From contig NC_043006.1 of NCBI RefSeq assembly GCF_006345805.1, forward strand, positions 23,312,001-23,376,000: a DNA stretch of 64,000 nt. The letters run 5' to 3'. The first letter of the stretch is position 1. Every line of letters starts with the position of its first letter. Below the pieces are notes generated by a model, which saw nothing but the letters and a program-made list of their open reading frames with translations, did no database searches and was not told the origin of the DNA. This DNA is from Octopus sinensis (Eukaryota). The position numbers were made by a program, and so were the translations under genes. This document shows positions 13,303 through 27,127 of this stretch, in pieces.

Positions 13303-13687
13303 ATAGGAGCACTCCGTCGGTTGCGACGATGAGGGTCCCAGCTGATACGATCAACGGAACAGCTTGCTCGTGATATTAACGTGCAAGTGGCTGAACACTC
13401 CACAGACACGTGTACCCTTAACGTAGTTCTCGGGGAGAATCAGCGTGACACAGAGTGTGACAAGGCTGGCCCTTTGAAATACAGGCACTAGGGAAACAAG
13501 AAGAAAGAGCGAGAGAAAGTTGTGGTGAAAGAGTACAGCAGGGTTCACCACCACCCCCTGCCGGAGCCTCGTGGAGCTTTAGGTGTTTTCGCTCAATAAA
13601 CACTCACCATGCCCGGTCTGGGAATCGAAACCGCGATCCTCCGACCGTGAGTCCGCTGCCCTAACCACTGGACCATTGCGCCTCCAC
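13303..13687 (-). mobile_element. Full-length tRNA-derived SINE (tail type a)
   Basis: tRNA-like head with A box TGGTCCAGTGGTTAGG and B box GGTTTCGATTCC. Perfect 13-bp TSD GGTATTTCTTATA at 13290-13302 and 13688-13700. Near-identical copy at 53258. Confidence 0.92.
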
Positions 13688-13944
13688 GGTATTTCTTATA
13701 GGTCAAGTGAACACCAAGCGACGTCATTCTTTGATTCAGATTTTAATGTCGACTATGTGCATGTGTGTATGTATGTATGCATGGTCCAGCAAAATGGTTA
13801 ATCCAACAAGGTTTTTGAACGAAGGATACCGGAAAATCGGTGGTGTATATGTATAAAATGTTTTTTTAGAACCCCCTCCCCCTCAAAATACTCAGATTAA
13901 TACACAATTTTAATTTAAGAAAATAATTTTTTCAAAGATATATA

Positions 13945-13991
<47 letters not shown>

Positions 13992-15681
13992 TGTGTGTGT
14001 GTGGTTTACATGAGATTTCTCAGTTGTTTTGTTTTATATTAAGGATTTAGATAATTGTTGTCATAGATGTTAACGTTTTAACTTCGAGTGAAATCCTTTT
14101 TGATATAACAAAACGTGATACTAATTTATGTGTGCGTGTACGTCATTTTGATAATTATCATACACAAAACTCACGGCCCTTGAGTTACTTTTGAGACTTG
14201 CTGATTAAAAACTATAGGAAACTAAATTAATCCTCCAGAATTAATTAAGTTAGCGATATGTTCTCCACCCTTCACTACATTTATTATATTAGCCCCTACT
14301 TAATTATCAACATTTGCTTAAGTTAGTGTGAACATGTTTAATATAGCTAATTAGGTAATTAGAAATAATTATGTACTCAAGAAATACAATATTAAGTTCA
14401 ATAACTAATAATGTTTTAATTATTTCAGATTCGAATTTGCCTTTTATCCTTTCAGGAGTCGATAAAAAAAAAACCTACCAGTTGAGGACCGGGGTCGATG
14501 TCATACACCCTCCACCGAAATTGCTGGCCTTGCGCCCAAATTAGAAACTAATTATTGCTGTAATACTGGAGATAACTCTTGGGGCTTTTCAGTATTATTA
14601 AATTTCCCCAGTTTTCCAGTTTTATTTGGGCAAATAAGTGTGTGTCTGTGATTCGCTAAAGAGGTCTAATAAGACCAGAACATGTTAAAAGTTTTCTCCC
14701 ATGTTTACAAAAATAGTTAAAATAATATCAGTCACCAACCAATATTGCCTTTCCTTCGTCACATAATTCATTCTAATTAGCTTTTCGTTCTTGCCTGCAT
14801 TGCTGATGGTACTTCTGAATATTATCACAAGTTTAGACAGACGTTTCACTCAACGCCCTGACAAATATAATACCACACAATGTTGTTTTACTCTAGTTCA
14901 GTTGTGGTTAAGCAGGCTTATAAACAAAGGTGGTAAACCCAGAGCCATTCTGCCACTTTAAAAGTATCCAATATTTTGTGATATAACGAGGGTTTGGCTG
15001 TTGTCTCTGGTAAGTATAGTGAATCTGTAGAGATTCTCATGTTGACTGCTCAGTAAGTATAGTGAAACTTCGGTAGCCACACGCAAACAACAGAGCTGAT
15101 CGTGCCTTCCAACTACAAGCGAAATAGCTTCAAGTATATCCCATTTTCGCTTGATTATAAACAGAAGCGTAATTTAGAAGACGTTATTAATAATATCAGT
15201 AACCAAATACGCAACACCTGCTGTTTGTTTACATCAAATTTACTCGTCAACAGCACACTTGCTTTTTATTTATTTATTTTTCTGCTTTCACCAGCTATAA
15301 AACATGTAGCTAATAGTGAAAGAAATGCGAAAATTTCTAAACGATTAACTTTGGAACTGCAGTTTAAGCAAAGCACTAGAAGCCAAGCTGCTAAGGAGAG
15401 GAAACAGAGAATAAAAAAAAAAAAAATGAAAGAAAATTCCATAAAATAAGTTCGCGTGGTGTAAGGCGCCGCTTAAAACATCACAGTTCATCTCTCTACC
15501 TTCAAGACCTCAAATTTACTTCACGAATCTTATTTACAATTTAATCAAATTTATCTCAATACGAAGACTATGTACTCAATATGGAATAACCAGCTTGGGA
15601 ACTGAAAACCTGCCCTCGGTTCTAAAATTCTGAGGAGAGATTTTTACACGCTGATGTTCGACGAAGGAAACAAATACAATA

Positions 15682-15800
15682 CAGTCATCCCTCGATTACC
15701 GCGGGTGTTACGTTCCAATCCCCACCCCCGTAGTAGGCGAAAATCCGCGAAGTAGAAACAGTATTGTACTGGCTATTTTTAAAAATCATTTTTATAATTT
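15682..15800. mobile_element. pogo/Tigger-like (MER2-type) single terminal fragment
   Basis: TA|CAGTCATCCCTCGATTACCGCGGGTGTTACGTTCC..AAAATCCGCGAAGTAG resembles Tigger/MER2 ends. The matching second TIR was not found. Confidence 0.5.
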
Positions 15801-15983
15801 CTATATATTTTATTAGAAATGCAAAACAACAGCACGGAGATTACCATATTACCCGCCTTCCTACCAACCTTTTGTGTCGCGCACCAAAAATACTATTGAA
15901 ACATGAACATTTTTACCCGTGAAAAGAAGAGTTATATTACGATAGCGGCGGGATTTGAACTCTGAGCATGAAGAGCAGGAGCA

Positions 15984-16299
15984 TGACGTGAGTTCAAAAA
16001 GTATCCGACTTTATTAATCTTGTGGATGGTTTGAGCTTGAGAGTATCACCAAGCTTTTGGCAAAACTTGATGCAATATCTTTCCTGGGTGCGTTTGGATA
16101 AAACGAAAATCTGACGAGCACGCACTGGACGTCTGTACATTAGGCGTAACAAGCAGGAACGGACGCGGCCCGCCAGTGCGGAGCACCGGTGGACCGTGTC
16201 TGTTCCTCCTTGGGTGGTGTCACCTTACACCCAAAGGATTTTGCCGATGCGGCATTAATTGTGACAAACTAAAGTCGAATACTTTTTGAACGCGCCTCA
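15984..16299 (-). mobile_element. mariner deletion derivative (MITE)
   Basis: About 30-bp TIRs (TGACGTGAGTTCAAAAAGTATCCGACTTTA and TAAAGTCGAATACTTTTTGAACGCGCCTCA|TA). The internal minus-strand peptide QERYCIKFCQKLGDT matches the mariner transposase N-terminal HTH. Confidence 0.85.
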
Positions 16300-16454
16300 T
16301 AAACAGTAATTAATTTTTTTGAAGATAGAATAGTTCTACAAATTCGCTACTTTGCAAAAATGAGCTCTCTGTTAACCTAATTAACACAATAATCCTTTCT
16401 ACTCTAGGCACAAGGCCCGAAATTTTGTGGGGAGTCAATCTGATAAGATACACA

Positions 16455-16512
<58 letters not shown>

Positions 16513-16532
16513 CATACTACATACATATATAT

Positions 16533-16580
<48 letters not shown>

Positions 16581-17957
16581 ATATATATAATATATATATA
16601 TATATATATAATATATATATATATTATATATATATATATATATTATATATATATATATATATATGTATGTGACGGACTTCTTTTAGTCTCAATCTACCAA
16701 ATCCACTCATAAGGCTTTGGTCAGCCCAAGGCTAAAGTAGGCTATAGCCCAAGGTGCCACGCAATGGGCCTGAATCCGGAGTGATGTGGTTGGGAAGCAA
16801 CTTGTATCCATATTCACTGGCAAAACACGTGGAATTTCTACGAGCTTTGCTGGTTATTATAATTACGAGAAGGATAAATGTTCAAAGTTAAAATTATTAA
16901 ATATTCTTCGAGGAGTAAACAAGCTATATAAAACAACATAAATGCGCATGACCCAAGAACAAAATTCAGTTTAAGTTCACAAATGTTGAGTATAAGATCA
17001 TTGAACTTCCGGTGCGATGCTTTTAAACTCAAATATCTCTAACAGAACAAAACACCTGGGATTCTGCCGAAAATTTTAAAGAACGGTATACATCTATCTC
17101 AAAGGTATAAGAGATTACGATACGAACCTACTGTCAACAATAATTAATAACATGAAAGCCTACAAATAATAGACGTAAGCAAAAGTTTCATGAGGCGAGG
17201 CTGTGTGGTAAGAAGCTTGCTTCCCAGCCACATGGTCCAGTGTTCAGTCCCACTATATGGCACCTTGTGAGTGAAAGAAGCCCGTCGTATATATATGTAT
17301 ATATATGTATATCTGTGTGTGTGTGTGTGTGTGTGTGTATTTGTGTCAATGTTTGTCCCTTACCACTGGTGCTGTTGTGTTTATGTCACTGTAACTTAGC
17401 AGTTTGACATAAGAGACCGATAGAGTAAGTACCAGACTTTGTAAAAAAATTAAACATTATGGTCGATACATTGCGGCCCCAGCATGACCACAATCAAATA
17501 GCTGAAACAAGTTAAAAAATAAAAGATATGAAGCAAACAGTTTTGGCGGGAAAACACACGCACTCCTTTTGGAGTTCGCCTTTTTGACCACAACAGATCA
17601 GCTAATGCTGAGTGGTCAAGCCATGTTCGCATAGGTGCTAAAGCCTTTTATGGTGACATATTGCCTATGGTAAGTTGTAGTTCTTTGCTGGGAATATCAT
17701 AGAACGATGGTTCGAAACTCAGCAGGAGCCTAGCAACAAGCTTATTTTGATATCAGTTATACTGACACATGATGCTTTCACATGACTGATATCAAAATCA
17801 CGTGATAGTAATAATCCTTTAAACTACTGGCACCAAGCCTGAAAATTCGAAGTATTTGAATGGTGCTTATTTCATCGACTTGGATGGAGTTTGAACTCAC
17901 AACGTAAAGACGGCCGAAATGCTGCTAGGCATTTTGTCCGTCGTGATGACATTTCTT

Positions 17958-18190
17958 ATTTCTTTACTACCCACAAGGGGCTAAACACAGGAGGGACAAA
18001 CAGGGATAAAACAGACGGATTAAGTCGATTATATCGACCCCGGTACGTATCTGGTACATATTTAATCGACCCCGAATGGATGAAAGGCAAAGTCAACCTC
18101 GACGGAATTTGAATTCAGAACGTAAAGACAGACAAAATACCGCTAAGCATTTCGCCCGGCGTGCTAACGTTTCTGCCAGATTGTCGCCTT
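17958..18190 (-). mobile_element. SINE with GCCTTTCATCCTTTCGGGGTCGAT-type core
   Basis: Highly similar to the copies at 35097 and 48301. Diverged copies also occur at about 510-720, 5375-5575, 58320-58545, 61040-61190 and 62070-62620. Confidence 0.85.
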
Positions 18191-18611
18191 TGTAATAGTA
18201 ATAATGAACAAAAGAAGAAGATGAAAAAGTTCAAAGATTTCGGATACAAACCTTACTGATCTAGAGACAAGTAGACTATGTACATGAAAGAACATTAATA
18301 TTTCTAATGATGGAGCATTGCCAAGTGGTTAGGGTATTGAAATCACTATCATAAAGGTCGTAGGTTCAATTTCTAGTAATGAAGTACCTTTGAGCAAGCA
18401 CTTCATTTCACGTTGCTCCAGTTTACTCAGTTGAAATTCGACCAGCTCAGTTATCACGCCCGAAATGTTCTACTGAGCCGAGAGGGCCGAGACGGTGTCT
18501 ATATCAACGCAATCACCTCAAACAAGAAGCGAAAGCATAGTACACGCAGTCATAACAGCATTATATATTATATCCATTATAAGAACTAATACCACAGTAT
18601 TAGTCCACAAT

Positions 18612-18784
18612 AGGCGCAGGATTGGCTGTGTGGTAAGTAGCTTGCTTACCAACCACATGGTTCCGGGTTCAGACCCACTGCGTGGCACCTTGGGCAAATG
18701 ACTTCTACTATTGCCTCGGGCCGACCAAAGCCTTGTGAGTAGATTTGGTAGACGGAACCTGAAAGAAGCTCGTCGTATATATAT

Positions 18785-18819
<35 letters not shown>

Positions 18820-19143
18820 CACCGTGACTGACCAGGCTATCAGATGTTACTACACATCGCTGGTCACAATGCACTTCGGATTGTTTTAGCCTTCAAATGA
18901 TGCCATCCCGCTGGCTAAGCGAGCAGGCCAACAGAAGAAAGAGTGAAAGAAAGTTGTGGCGAAAGAGTACAGCAGGGATCGCCACCACCCCCTGCCAGAG
19001 CCACGTGGAGCTTTAGGTGTTTTCGCTCAAAAAACACTCACAATGCCTGGTCTGGGGATCGAAACCGCGATCCTACAACCGCAAGTCCGCTGCCCTAACC
19101 ACTGGGCCATTGCGCCTCCACTATATATATATATATATATATA

Positions 19144-19197
<54 letters not shown>

Positions 19198-19416
19198 TAT
19201 GTGTTTGTGTGTCTGTGTTTCTCCCCCTCCCCAACATCGCTTGACAACCGATGCTGGTGTGTTTACGTCCCCGTAACTTAGCGGTTTGACAAAAGAGACC
19301 GATAGAATAAGTACTACGCTTATAAAGAATAAGTCCTGGGGTCGATTTGCTCGACTAAAGGCGGTGTTCCAGCATGGCCGCACTCAAATGACTGAAGCAA
19401 GTAAAAGAGTAAAAGA
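18612..19416 (+). mobile_element. Microsatellite-containing SINE, split by a nested SINE
   Basis: Head AGGCGCAGGATTGGCTGTGTGGTAAG..GGTTCAGACCC, internal (TA)n/(TG)n, and tail ..GTAAAAGAGTAAAAGA. Same family at 39528-39945 and 17190-17525, with partial copies at about 2620, 8990, 10710, 16670, 32030 and 49958. Confidence 0.88.
18820..19121 (-). mobile_element. tRNA-derived SINE (tail type b) inserted into the (TA)n of another SINE
   Basis: Same head and core as the 13303 and 53258 copies but a different 3' tail, with (TA)n on both sides. Confidence 0.88.
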
Positions 19417-21996
19417 ATGTGGACGCTGAAAAGCGTTTAAACTTGTTGAATTTGTTGTGCAATCTGTAGGAGAGAATATTTTTAATGAAAGAATAAAACG
19501 ATATAGTATCAACAACAATAACTGTCTAACAATTAATGGTTCATATTCAAAATGGGCCCGTAAAGACCATCGCAACTAATGCCTTTCCCTTATCCTATTA
19601 AATACAACGTTGATATATTAACAATGACAAAGAAAGTCGCCACGTTTTATTATTAGATTGTGTAGAGGTCAGGGGTAAAACTTGAAAATCCTTTTGAAAG
19701 TTTAAAACTGATTTAGTGATCATGGGATTTCGTATTGATTAATATGACAGAATGGTTTTACTGAGAAAAGAAGAGCTCGAAGTAAAAAAAAAAAAAATGA
19801 AGCGTATTCAGTGAAATTGGGGTGAGTTATAAGTGCCAACATGTCAGAATATAAGAGATCTCAAAGGAATACACCGTAAGCTGAGGAGAATAATTCTACA
19901 GAGAAAAAAAGTGAGTTACAAAGCCAAAATAAGATGGAAACTATCAGACCTTTCATTGTTTTCCCAACATCAATGAAATAAACTGAAAGTGAAGTCATAT
20001 TTTAAATATTAAACACAAAGGAAAATTATCTAAAATCAGTAACACACAATTTCTATGTACCTAAACAAAATGAAGGCGGAGATCTTACGCAGCTGGAGTT
20101 AGGTTATAAAACATTACAGTTGATCTAGACACCCACACGGAGAGGGGGGTAAATAAAACAAAGCAAAACAAAATGCTCTATGAGAAATAATATCACAACA
20201 TGAAGGAGAAAAAAAAAATACTATACTCCGTTCATAGAGAAACAAAAAAATATGTATATTTAGTAGAAACAGGCGATCTAATTGCACACACACCGGAGAA
20301 TACAAACATCGTAATGACGCATACGCCAGAAAGACAAACACATGAAAGATTTGAGTAAAGAAATAAAGAAACAGAACAATTGAGAAAATGAACACCACAT
20401 GGGAATTACACAGCCAATTCCTTAAAAGAATCAATAAACCGGATAGTGACAAAGAACAGATTTTAGTTTTTTTGCTAGGAAAAATATCTCTTCACATGAG
20501 AATATACAGGGAAAGCATAACATGCCCTGTACTAGAAGAAATATATTTTAAAAGAAAATATTAACTCTGGGTATTTGTTATGCATTGAATTTACTCAAAA
20601 TTTTAGTTAAGTTAGTGTTACTATATTTAACGTCGGGAGATTTGAAATGTTACCTAGAAATTAAACAGTAGAGAGAGCTGTAAATGATATTAGTCAATGA
20701 CGTATGTAATGTTTTATTTAACCGTAAAATTAGGAGATAATTCCAGGTGCATTTTATTTTGGTTTTCTTAAAAAGGTCTTATCTCCCAGTTTAGCATTTA
20801 CGTAGCCAGTTTCATGACATTGTCTAGATATTTCATTTGAATGTGCAACGTAATAGCAACCTTTATGTAGCCATCTAGAATCAGTTGATCATCCTCCATG
20901 CATATCGATCTATAAACACGGTCATTGCCGCGGTTAAATGTATTCCAAATGAAAGTGAATTTATGCATAAACTCAGAAGTTAATAAGGAGTATTAACAGG
21001 CTGTTGATACTCCTCTCTCTCGCTCTCTCTCTCTCTCACACACACACATACACACAAACACACACTTACACACACATACATATATACGTACGTATCCGTG
21101 TGTATATGCATGTGTCCCTGCAGCATCTACTTTTCATATATGTATATATTTATTTCCCTATGAGAAATAATATTACAACAAGAAGGAGGAAAATACTATA
21201 ATCCGTTCATAAAGAAACAAAATTACTCACTTTGAGTCATTTATTTCAGAGTGGCTTCTTACTCATAAGAATCTCTACATTAGTTTAAAATTAGCAATTT
21301 GTTACTTAGAGAAATGTAAAAAGTTAATTTTGACGTTTCCGAAATAATATTTCTTCGGTATAAGTTGTAGAATAAAAAGAGAGAAGGAAGGACAAGGTGA
21401 AAAATATAAAAGGAATAATCGAGGCAAAGATCCTCGCGTGTAACTGTCTACATGGAAGCCGTTGACTGACCGGAAGTAGGAGGAGAAGAAGGTTCAACAG
21501 GGTGACCAGAGACAATAAAATGAACGGGAGGTGTAGGTGAAACTGTATGCATGTTACAAGGTGTGTGTGTGTGTGTGTGTGTGTGCGTGCGCGCGCGTAC
21601 TTATCTGAGTAAAGAATGGAGATTAGATTTACATATGTATCTTGTGTTTTTCTTTCTACGTCTGTTTGTTCATTTGCGCATGTCTGCAATACGCGGACAA
21701 GTATCTTTCTGAGATAGTATGTTGTGAGACTGTATACGTGTGTGTATTAGTGGCACTATGCTATGTTGAGAACTGGGTATAAAAAATGTGTGTGTAGAGT
21801 GAGTTGGTAAGTTAGTGTGTGTATATGCATATATGCGTTTATGCATATGTATGTACATATATACATATATGTATACACACATATCTCACATATATAAGTT
21901 GATACTTTTATTCTTTTATTCTTTTATTCTTTTCTATGCTTCAGCCTTGAGGCTGCGGTCATGCTGGGGCACCGCCAGCGGTATTAGCAAATTGTA

Positions 21997-22046
<50 letters not shown>

Positions 22047-22134
22047 GGTCCGGGTTGATTCGGGGTTAACCACAGTAAATAAGGTACTCAATACATAGCA
22101 GAGTAAAATTAATTATTATATAGAAGGAGCTTCT

Positions 22135-22172
22135 ACAGGACTAGAACTGTTTCATTCAAGAGAAATCTTCAG
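22135..22172 (-). ncRNA. Degenerate hammerhead-like motif
   Basis: Minus strand CTGAAGA TTTC-TCTT-GAA T GAAAC AGTTCTA GTC. The 5' arm of stem I is replaced by (TA)n. Confidence 0.3.
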
Positions 22173-22571
22173 ATATATATATATATATATATATACATAC
22201 ATATACATATACATATACATGCACAGACATATATATGTATACACACACACACATATATGTGTATATGAGCTGTTTAGTTATTTAGATGTGTGCGTGCGCG
22301 CGCGTGATATAATCATATGGATTTCGGTGAGATTGACAGATCTAATCCAACTTGTATTACGCAAAGTGAGACTTATAAAAGACAATGCCAGGAATTGGTG
22401 ACACATTCATATGACTTTCTCATACACGAAAAAATATTTCTATGAAAAGGGAGAAATATTCACTGCATACAACGAATTGGATATAATGAGTCGAGATGGA
22501 TCAACGAGAATATCTCTGGACATAAGAGTTAGATAAGGAATTGAAAAAAATAAAAGAATAAGGAACTTAAC

Positions 22572-22602
<31 letters not shown>

Positions 22603-23657
22603 TCATAGAGATTTAAAAAAGCAAAGGTGAATTATAAAGTTAAAAACGGTCGGCGCTGGTTTGTAAGTTTTGTTTTAGGGTACAAACCACGCATATCCAT
22701 ATGTGTGTAAAAGCAGGGGTGTGTTTGTATGTGTGTGTTTATGTGTGTGTGTGTGTGTGTGATGAGTGTGTGTGTGTGTGTTTATGTGTGTGTGTGTGTG
22801 TGAGTGTGTGTGTGTTTATGTGTGTGAGTGTGTGTGTGTGAGTGTGTGAGTGTGTGAATGTGTGTGTGTGTGAGTGTGTGTGTGTGTGTGTGAGTGTGTG
22901 AATGTGTGAGTGTGTGAATGTGTGAGTGTGTGTGTGTGTGTTTATGTGTGTGTGAGTGTGTGGGTGTGTGTGTGTTTATGTGTGTGTGTGTGTGAATGTG
23001 TGAGTGTGTGAGTGTGGTGTGTGTGTGTTTATGTGTGTGTGAGTGTGTGAGTGTGTGAATGTGTGAGTGTGTGAATGTGTGTGTGTGTGTGAATGTGTGA
23101 GTGTGTGTGTGTTTATGTGTGTTGAGTGTGTGTGTGTGTGTGTGTTTTCCTGTGCACTTGCTGCTTGCGCGCCTGCGCGTGAAAATGGAAAAAGAGTTCC
23201 AGACTTAGAAAGAGAATGAGAAAGACAGGAATTTGAGACACGGGGTGGGGGGCAGAAGAAAATCGATTCGGATCCTTTGTAAGGCAAACAAACAAACACA
23301 CAAACAAGAGCTTCATCGTCATCCTTGCTTTGCACATGTTGTTCAATCCACTGCTGGACGAATGCTTTAGTATGTTCTCTCTATCAAACACGGACACACA
23401 AGGAAATTTGCTGATCATGATATGATTCAACTTACCAAAAACTATCCACCCTAATTGTTAGAGAAAATTAATTTTACTAATCGAAGCCCCATCCACATGA
23501 TCGGGCAGTGCCTGGCAGAGACATGCAGACAAAATTGGTGTGCAAACCAGCGGAGTGGAGAGATCACGTCCGTCGTGGAACGAAACCACCAGATAATGAC
23601 CATGACCTGTTGCCTTGTGTTGTTGTAGTACACAACGGTGTGTCCTTCGCTTTAACT

Positions 23658-23899
23658 CAGTGGATCTCAACTGAGACCCATATGGCCCTTGGGAGCTCAC
23701 ATAAGATTTTGTTAAAATTTATGCATAGTAAAATGGTTATACTTCTACAATACACAATATTTTAACAATTTTTTAAACTACAGTTCCCAATAAAATTTCA
23801 TTATAAAAATATAATAGTTTTTAAACTTCGAATGGCCGTGAGGGCCCACCTGACGAAAATCTAAGGAGTCCTCAGGTAAAAATTGGTTGAGAACCAGTG
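23658..23899. mobile_element. hAT (Charlie-like) MITE
   Basis: Ends CAGTGGATCTCAAC and GTTGAGAACCAGTG. Perfect 8-bp TSD CTTTAACT at 23650-23657 and 23900-23907. Confidence 0.9.
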
Positions 23900-24897
23900 C
23901 TTTAACTGCTCTGCGATTATTCAAGCGATACACCACGGTGATCGTATCATACCCGCCACTGCTGCCTACCTATCAACGAACAGTCGTGTTTAAGTGGGTA
24001 AGTTGCGTGATACCTATGGCATTGTTGGAGTATAAATAGTAGATCTGAGGTGTGTTGAATTAATACGTATTTTCGGATGGTCCGGCGAAATGGTTAATCA
24101 ATCCATCGAAGTTTTGCAAATAAGGCTACCGTAAAACCAGTGGTGTACCTTCAATCTGAATATTTCTGCCTACTGTACTTTCTTCCTTTATACCATCTGA
24201 GAGTTGTCGAAACTTCTCATTTTCCTGGCCTATTTATATTATAATGAAGAAAACTGCTAATGAATAGGTTGAATTTATGAAAATTTTACTAAAATAAAGC
24301 AATTATTAAAGTCTAAAACGACTAGTATTTAGAAATCGAGTATTAAGAAGTTTCAGAACACACAAATAGCCAAGTGTGAATGATAGAAATAAAAGAGAAG
24401 CTTAATGACAAAAAAAAAAATCCTATTTTTATGCTGTCTCTAAATCTAGGAATATTTTGCTCGTGTCAATGTTGTTTGTCTAGAAATGACGTCAATTGTG
24501 TATTCCCAAACGACGAGATCTCAATACCTTAACTACTATGAGATCCGAACGTCTCTTCAATTAGAGATGAATTGTAAGACAGCAGCGAAAAACATCCTTA
24601 GGGGTTTGTACTAAAAATACTCTAGAGATGCCGAAATAAGTAAATATGGGCCTTCCCTCTACTTGTCTGATAAAATATGTATGTATTTGTTTGTCTGGGT
24701 GTATGTGTGTCTATACGTACATACCTATGTACATTATATACATATATCTATCTATCTACCTATCTATCTATACATATACATATGTATGTATATCTATTTA
24801 TCTATCTATCTATCTGTATATATATATATATATATATATACATATATAAACGCATACACATACATGCACGTATGTATGTACGCATACGTAACATACC

Positions 24898-24941
<44 letters not shown>

Positions 24942-25521
24942 AAAGTGTACATATATGTAATACATTCATATCTACAATAGATATAATATATATACGTATA
25001 TATGCAACACATGCTTTACATGTCAAATATGATATATGTAATATGTCATAACTGTATTAATGTCTCCAAATTGGTGGATGGTGTGATATCTGGCTGGTTA
25101 ATAAACTATCTACATGCACCACTGTATGGTAAAATTCGTCATAATAGTATTAGCACACCATTTTGTATGCACGGACACATGTGCGCGCATGCACGCAGGC
25201 ACACACACACACACATAAACACAAATACACACACACAAACATAAACTTACACATACTCACGAACACACACACACGCGCGAAATAATACTTAAATTTATAG
25301 ACATTATTTATAAGTGTTGGAAATGATACTTGTAGACAAAATTATGCTTTTATGAATATTCTGACTCACACACAGGTACACACACACGCAAGCACACATA
25401 AATACACACACACACACACACACACATATATGTGTGTGTGTGTGTGTGTACATATGTATGTATATCACAATATAGTTTCAGTGGTACTCAATACCACTGA
25501 AACTGTTAAAATATGTTATAA

Positions 25522-25557
<36 letters not shown>

Positions 25558-25572
25558 CACACACACACACAC

Positions 25573-25640
<68 letters not shown>

Positions 25641-25752
25641 TACACACATATATATATACATACAAAATATGAATTTTAATATTAAAATAAATATAAATAA
25701 AGTAATATAGTAATATATTATATAAATAAAGTAATATAGAAGTGTCTGTGTG

Positions 25753-25783
<31 letters not shown>

Positions 25784-26461
25784 GTGTGTGTGTCTATGCA
25801 TGTATACACACCTTCACGCATACATACACACGTATATATATATATATATATACACGCATACATATATATAAACACACAAAATATGAATATTAAAATAAAT
25901 ATAAATAAAATAATATATGTGTCTGTGTGTATATGTCTGTATGTGTGTGTGTGTGTGTGAATGTGTGTTTCTATGCATCTATACATACCTTCACTCATAC
26001 ATACACACATATATGCATGTTTGAGAATGTGCACACACGTACATTATATATATTATATATGAATATATTATATATATAAATATATGTGTGTATGCGTGTA
26101 TACATAAGTATGCGTGGATGTTTATAGACAAATTCCTACATATAAATGAATATATTCAATTACCTAGCTAATTACAGAATGAGTGGCGGCAGAATGATAG
26201 AGGGCATTTGAGGGAGTGAGAGGGGGGAAAGAGAAACATGGTGTGTATATTAGTAGAATGCAACATTTATAAATGCGTGTCTACGTGTATGTTGTGCGTG
26301 TGTGTCAATAACACACTTAAGCAAATGTTTCTAATTTGAATGATCTTTAATTTTGTTGACGTATTCTTTCTTTTAACTAAACATATACACTATCTTACTG
26401 CATTATATATACCCTCTCCCAAATGATATACACTACTTTAGTCAATTATATATTTCCTTCC

Positions 26462-26835
26462 TATTATACACCCTATTCTGGTGAATTATATACCTCGCCA
26501 ATAATACACACTGTTCTGGTGAATTATATACCTCACCAATTATACACCCTATTCTGGTGAATTATATACCTCGCCAATTATACACCCTATTCTGGTGAAT
26601 TATATACCTCGCCAATTATACACACTGTTCTGGTGAATTATATACCTCACCAATTATACACCCTATTCTGGTGAATTATATACCTCGCCAATTATACACA
26701 CTGTTCTGGTGAATTATATACCTCGCCAATTATACATACTGTTCTGGTGAATTATATACCTCGCCAATTATACACACTGTTCTGGTGAATTATATACCTC
26801 ACCAATTATATATACTGTTCTGATGAATTATATAC
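26462..26835. repeat. 38-bp minisatellite, about 10 copies
   Basis: Unit ATTATACAC(C/A)CT(A/G)TTCTGGTGAATTATATACCTC(G/A)CCA repeated head-to-tail, with degenerate units on both flanks. Confidence 0.95.
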
Positions 26836-27127
26836 ATGCCCTCTTCCCCGACTGTATACACTACTCCGATAAGATATACCCCTTTAACCTTATACCACTC
26901 CTAATTATATACTCTATTCTGACGAATTTATTCTTTCGGGGTTGATAAAAATAAGCACCTATTGACCCTCGGGGTCAATGTAATAGACTAACCCTGCCTC
27001 CCCGAATATTTCGGACCTTGTGTCAACAGTATTTCGTCAAGATATGAAAACGGAAAGACGGTTTTACTGTGTTTCATTTTCTGTTGTTAACTATTGTTAA
27101 TTGATATGCAAATATTTACTGTATATA

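Noticed and set aside
26462-26835. CRISPR array
   Set aside because: Units are head-to-tail with no unique spacers, there are no cas genes, and the context is eukaryotic.
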